Assembly (NCBI GenBank): GCA_963674595.2
Contig: CAXXFV010000012.1
Coordinates: 1 to 11,475 of the forward strand
DNA: 11,475 nucleotides
Direction: 5' to 3'
DNA from: a bacterium
GTDB lineage: Bacteria; Zhuqueibacterota; Zhuqueibacteria; Residuimicrobiales; Krinioviventaceae
Shown here: in pieces, positions 7,304 to 11,475 of the stretch
How positions within the stretch are numbered: the stretch's first letter is position 1
Layout: every line of letters begins with the position of its first letter
Position numbers and translations under genes: made by a program
Notes under the pieces: model-generated
Told to the model about the DNA's origin: nothing
The model's input: only the letters and a program-made list of their open reading frames with translations
Database searches by the model: none

Positions 7304-8062
7304 ATGAGCTATTTCGAATATAAAGATAAAAAAGTATATTTCAGAACCACCGGAAAAGGGGTTCCTTTAATTTTAATTCATGGCAACACATCATCTTCAA
7401 AGATGTTTTTTGGAGTAGAAAAAAAGCTTTCCAGTAACTATAAAACAATTGTAATTGATTTACCGGGTCATGGTAAATCAGATCGGCTTTCAAAATTTCC
7501 AACTGATTGGTGGTTCGAAAACTCTCTTGTTGTTAAAGAGCTTGTTAAACATTTACAGCTTTCCAAAGTTAATATTGTTGGAAGTAGCGGTGGTGCATTA
7601 ATTGGATTGAATCTCGCAATTGAATCCCCAGGTTATATTAATAAGATCATAGCTGACAGTTTTATTGGTGAACATTCAGAAAGTAATTTCATCAGCTTAC
7701 TTGAAAAGGACCGTCTCAAAGCGATGAAAAATCCATTAGCCATTTTTTTTTGGTTTTGGAACCATGGATGCGATTGGAAAAAGATTATCAATTTAGATAG
7801 CTCGATGCAAATTGCATTTCATGAAAAATATGGAAATTTTTTTCACAAATCGCTATCAGAAATTACTGCACCAACCCTTTTAACCGGCAACAGAACAGAT
7901 AAATTTATACCTGATATTGAAAGAAAGTATAATAATATTTCAAATATAATTCCTAATTCAAAGGTTCATATATTTGCCAAAGGGAGCCACCCGGCTATTA
8001 TGAGCAATTCCAATGAATTTGTATCTATTGTCAACAAATTCTTGAGTGCAGACTTACTTTAA
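7304..8062 (+). CDS. Alpha/beta fold hydrolase
   Basis: LILIHG, DLPGHGKS, nucleophile elbow GSSGG, candidate acid in PTLLTGNRTD and candidate catalytic His in GSHP. Confidence 0.88.
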   Translation: MSYFEYKDKKVYFRTTGKGVPLILIHGNTSSSKMFFGVEKKLSSNYKTIVIDLPGHGKSDRLSKFPTDWWFENSLVVKELVKHLQLSKVNIVGSSGGALIGLNLAIESPGYINKIIADSFIGEHSESNFISLLEKDRLKAMKNPLAIFFWFWNHGCDWKKIINLDSSMQIAFHEKYGNFFHKSLSEITAPTLLTGNRTDKFIPDIERKYNNISNIIPNSKVHIFAKGSHPAIMSNSNEFVSIVNKFLSADLL

Positions 8063-8074
8063 AGGTCATTCAAT

Positions 8075-8428
8075 ATGAAATTTATCCTTCTGGTCATTCT
8101 CAAAAGTTTTTTCTGGGTGTTTATTATATATTTGACCAGCTATGCTTATGAATCGTTTACTTTAAAGAATTTGTTAATTTATAATTTTACATGGAAAAAA
8201 AATCCCATTCGTGCACAAGGCGCTGCTGTGTTTAATGCATTTATCATTTTTTTTCCGACACATTTGATAAATTTGATTATCAGTATTTCAAAAACAGAAA
8301 ACACGCCTGCCGGGTATTGGTATGTGATCTGGTTTATCATTGTTGCTTTTTTAACGCATTTGTTTAAAAAACTCTATCTCAAATATACAGCCATAGATCC
8401 AAATAAATCCTATCATGATTTCAGTTAA
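8075..8428 (+). CDS. Hypothetical small membrane protein (about 3 TM)
   Basis: 117-aa ORF 12 nt after the hydrolase stop, SD-like AAGG, three hydrophobic segments. Confidence 0.6.
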   Translation: MKFILLVILKSFFWVFIIYLTSYAYESFTLKNLLIYNFTWKKNPIRAQGAAVFNAFIIFFPTHLINLIISISKTENTPAGYWYVIWFIIVAFLTHLFKKLYLKYTAIDPNKSYHDFS

Positions 8429-8436
8429 CAATAAGA

Positions 8437-11319
8437 TCAGGCAATGCCGGTAAAGTCATAGCTCAGCTTTTTTTGAAATCCGCTGATTTGTGAAAATATT
8501 TTTTTCAACATATGCTGTTCTATTTGTGTCAGTCTTTTGGGATTGATGAAATTGTCCGGTATTTTATTTTCCTCCAAATCCTGCACCTGGTGCTGAAACC
8601 GCAGCATCATTAAATAGTTATAACACTCTACCATTTCATCATGTAATGATTTTGTGATAATATTTTTTTCATAAAGTTTTTCCAGGCGCTGCAGGGTATT
8701 GCGTTCGGATATTTGATGTCGCAGCGTATAAATGCGGGCAAAATCAACAACCGGCATGAGAGCAAATTTAATGTCAAATGCCTGCTGATGTTCCCCGGAT
8801 GATTTTTTAATGCTTCCCGTAAATGTGATCGGCGGTTTGACCAAAAGAGAGTTCTTTGCCAGATGGTTGAAAAAAGCCGCTTTGTCCTGTGCGATTTGTT
8901 GTACATACAAATTAAGGTCCTGTACAAGGGTCAAATCACCGTAAAGATGACGAAAATCGAAAAAGATGTTGATGTCCACCAAATCCTGGGGTTCGGCTTC
9001 ATTGATCCAATGATGAAAATGCTTTTTCCATTCACTCAAACTGACGCACCACTTTGGATTTTTAGCCATAACATCCCCGTTACAAAACCGATAACCGGCC
9101 TGGTCCAATAATCCGTTAACAATTTCCGCCAGTTTAAGAAAATAATTCTGAACATTTTTCTCCGTATCTTCATAGATCAAAACATTATCCTGGTCTGTCA
9201 CAAGGGTTTGTTCTTCCCGGCCCTGGCTTCCCAGCACCATAAAAGCAAAACGCACCGGCGGTTCACCCATTTCCTGCAAAGCAAATTTAAGAAATTTGTT
9301 CGCAACCGAATCTCCAATAGAACTGATAATACGCGTTACATTGGGCGCAAGAAAACCACTTTCAACCAGATATTTTACCATTTGCGGCAGTGTTTTGCAT
9401 CGTGTTATAATTTCTTCAATTGACTCGGCCCGATTAATTTCATGAACCAGTAATCCCGCAGAATATTGTGAAAGCTGAATAATCTCCTTGTCTGAAATAA
9501 TCTTGTTGATATTTCCATGTACATCAGCCAATGGCAAATGCCGGATAAATCGTTCCTGCATTAAAATTAAAGCCTCAAAAACCAGTGCATTTTCAGATAA
9601 AGAAATGACCGGAGCGGTCATTATTTCGTAAACAGGGTGTGATAATGTTTTTTCATCACACATGACCCGTTTCCACAAATCTTCCGCCGTGATAATGCCG
9701 ATTGTTTCACCCGAATCGGTCACAATCAGGGCGGCGTTTTGGTTTTGTTGCTTTAAATTTTTTGCCGCTGTTTTTATCGGTGTATTCATTGGAATACAGA
9801 GACATTTTTGCGCAAAATGTTTTACAGGCTGGTTCAAGTATACCAGTGATGTTTGCAGTTCAATAATAATTTCTTCACGGGCTTGTTCGGATTTTTTCTG
9901 TTCAGAAATATCTTCAATAATACCATCAATAAATATTTCTTTTTTATCATCACTTTTAATAACAATAGCGGAAATCGATACAATCGAGTTTGTTCCGTTT
10001 TGACGTTTTAGCTGAATAATACGTTTGTTGGCAGAACCCTCATTTAACAGGTGATCCATAAAATTCTGGGCTTCATCTTTATCCCTGAAAAAATCAGTAA
10101 TTGTAAAATTTTCAAAAACTGTGTTATCCATCCCAAATATTTTTTGTGCAGCCTGGTTTACCTCAATAAATTTAGGATTCTTTTCAACCTGAATACGAAA
10201 AACGCCGATATTGATATTGTCCGTCAACATTTGAAATTTTAATTTACTCTCTCCCAGCTCTTCCCTGATTTTTTTTAAACCGCCCACATCTTTAATAATC
10301 AGAATGAATCCGTTCTTGCCAAACAATTGAATTTGTGATATCGAAATTAAAGCATTTATTTTAGTCTTGTTTTTATGAAGCAAATTTACTTCGATTTGAT
10401 CCGGTAACGCATCAGATTGCAGAATTTCAATAAAATTTGTGTTCTTTATATTTTCCGTATCAAACAAATCATTTAAATTTAACCTGGTAAGCTCTTTTTC
10501 TGAAAATCCCAATATATTTTGAATAATTTGATTAGCATAAATAATTTTAAAATCCATGATCATAAGCGTGCCTTCGGTTGAGGCTTCTACCAGGGACTTG
10601 TATTTTTCCCTGGAATCAGCAAGCTCTTTTTCAGCCAGTTGTTTTTTTTGTTCAATTTGAAAAGTCTGTCTTGCTATGTAAAATAATATCAAAGCAAGCA
10701 TAAATATAATTGCCACAGAAATGTTGATCAACCGGCGGGTAATTCGGCCAATTTCATGCCGAACGTCTTCGATATAAATACCGGTCCCTATGACCCATTG
10801 CCATGGTGCAAATTCACGTACATAAGACAACTTGGGAACAATACGTAAAGAATCGTCTTTCCATTGCCAATAATAATCAACATATCCTGCGCCATTACTT
10901 TTAACTGTTTTTACAAACTCTACAAAAAGTTTCTTTCCGTGAGAATCCGTAAAATCAGACAAATCTTCTCCGTCAAGGTCGCTTCGATAGGGATGAACGA
11001 TCATACGTGGCTGCATGTCGGTTATCCAAAAGTAGTCTTTGTTTTCATCTCCGTATCGTAATGAACTGATATTCGAGATTGCTTCCTGCTGAGCTTCGGC
11101 TAATGTTAACTCACCTGCGGAAACTTTTTGATGATAACTGTCTAATAAATTCCATGTAGAGTTTGTCAACTCTCGAATCATTTCACGTTTTCGATCCAAC
11201 AAATTTTTTCTGGAGGAGGGGATGATTATAAAAAAAATGGCAATTATAAAAAGTAAAATAGTTAAAAGTGTCGGAAGGATTATATTAACAAAAAAAGATC
11301 TTACAAACGAGGTTTTCAT
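8437..11319 (-). CDS. Membrane sensor with DUF294 nucleotidyltransferase output: TM-sCache_2-TM-PAS-PAS-CBS-CBS-DUF294-DUF294_C
   Basis: TM at aa ~10-33 and ~197-216. sCache_2 motifs LRYG..YFW..MIVHP..D..GK.LF..PKLSYV..F.PW.WVIGTG. Two PAS domains (YANQ..LGFS..KDV; VNQAA..IFG..EDIS). CBS pair (GIITAEDL, IMTAPV, IRHLP). NTase signature GSQGREEQTLVTDQDN (nt 9231-9184), then GY..C.G.VMA.NPKW, FFDFR and DIK..L.P.VDFAR. Confidence 0.9.
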   Translation of the reverse strand: MKTSFVRSFFVNIILPTLLTILLFIIAIFFIIIPSSRKNLLDRKREMIRELTNSTWNLLDSYHQKVSAGELTLAEAQQEAISNISSLRYGDENKDYFWITDMQPRMIVHPYRSDLDGEDLSDFTDSHGKKLFVEFVKTVKSNGAGYVDYYWQWKDDSLRIVPKLSYVREFAPWQWVIGTGIYIEDVRHEIGRITRRLINISVAIIFMLALILFYIARQTFQIEQKKQLAEKELADSREKYKSLVEASTEGTLMIMDFKIIYANQIIQNILGFSEKELTRLNLNDLFDTENIKNTNFIEILQSDALPDQIEVNLLHKNKTKINALISISQIQLFGKNGFILIIKDVGGLKKIREELGESKLKFQMLTDNINIGVFRIQVEKNPKFIEVNQAAQKIFGMDNTVFENFTITDFFRDKDEAQNFMDHLLNEGSANKRIIQLKRQNGTNSIVSISAIVIKSDDKKEIFIDGIIEDISEQKKSEQAREEIIIELQTSLVYLNQPVKHFAQKCLCIPMNTPIKTAAKNLKQQNQNAALIVTDSGETIGIITAEDLWKRVMCDEKTLSHPVYEIMTAPVISLSENALVFEALILMQERFIRHLPLADVHGNINKIISDKEIIQLSQYSAGLLVHEINRAESIEEIITRCKTLPQMVKYLVESGFLAPNVTRIISSIGDSVANKFLKFALQEMGEPPVRFAFMVLGSQGREEQTLVTDQDNVLIYEDTEKNVQNYFLKLAEIVNGLLDQAGYRFCNGDVMAKNPKWCVSLSEWKKHFHHWINEAEPQDLVDINIFFDFRHLYGDLTLVQDLNLYVQQIAQDKAAFFNHLAKNSLLVKPPITFTGSIKKSSGEHQQAFDIKFALMPVVDFARIYTLRHQISERNTLQRLEKLYEKNIITKSLHDEMVECYNYLMMLRFQHQVQDLEENKIPDNFINPKRLTQIEQHMLKKIFSQISGFQKKLSYDFTGIA

Positions 11320-11475
11320 GGTTTGCTCTTTTTAAAATTGCTTTATCGTAAAATAGATTTTTATTAAAAACAGCGTTATTTAGAAAATTCAAGGTCTCAA
11401 AAAAAAGTTATTTCTGCTTTGGAAATTATTTTTTTAATTTACCGGCAATCCACAACAAAATTAAAGCACCAATGA

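Noticed and set aside
3145-8428. Integron cassette array
   Set aside because: Gaps of 12, 31 and 42 nt cannot hold attC sites, no attC is repeated, and no integrase is present.
8437-9400. CBASS/CD-NTase or toxin-antitoxin MNT interpretation of the NTase
   Set aside because: Flanking motifs (R.EQ...TDQDN, C.G.VMA.NP.W, FFDFR) and the CBS pair are DUF294-type, and no effector or HEPN partner gene is adjacent.
8628-11061. ORFs nested in the 960-aa gene (8628..8927 on -, and 8863..9111, 9208..9423, 9662..10003, 10051..10242, 10864..11061 on +)
   Set aside because: Alternative-frame or antisense shadows. The main frame is continuous with conserved domains throughout.
1-11475. CRISPR array, tRNA, rRNA or IS element
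   Set aside because: No regularly spaced repeats, cloverleaf-like segments, transposase ORFs or terminal inverted repeats were seen by eye.

Overview
AT-rich bacterial window with sigma70-type promoters and Shine-Dalgarno sites; the taxon cannot be determined. Left: a lipoprotein metallo-beta-lactamase-fold hydrolase converges on a GH99-like/WbsX-family lipoprotein. That second gene is split into two same-frame ORFs by a compensating +1/-1 pair of homopolymer frameshifts about 65 nt apart. A ~1 kb spacer hides an unlisted 58-aa ORF (2690..2866, -) with its own promoter and RBS, and a candidate antisense promoter. A co-directional run follows: DUF2238 membrane protein, SMR exporter, unknown membrane protein, SnoaL/NTF2 lipoprotein, a hypothetical with RpiA-like motif order, a CDF metal exporter, an alpha/beta hydrolase and a small membrane protein. 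The standout gene is a 960-aa membrane receptor (TM-sCache_2-TM-PAS-PAS-CBS-CBS-DUF294 nucleotidyltransferase-DUF294_C). It is a candidate one-component system linking an extracytoplasmic ligand, probably a small carboxylate, to a GlnD/GlnE-like nucleotidyltransferase output. All family assignments come from motif recognition by eye; no searches were run.
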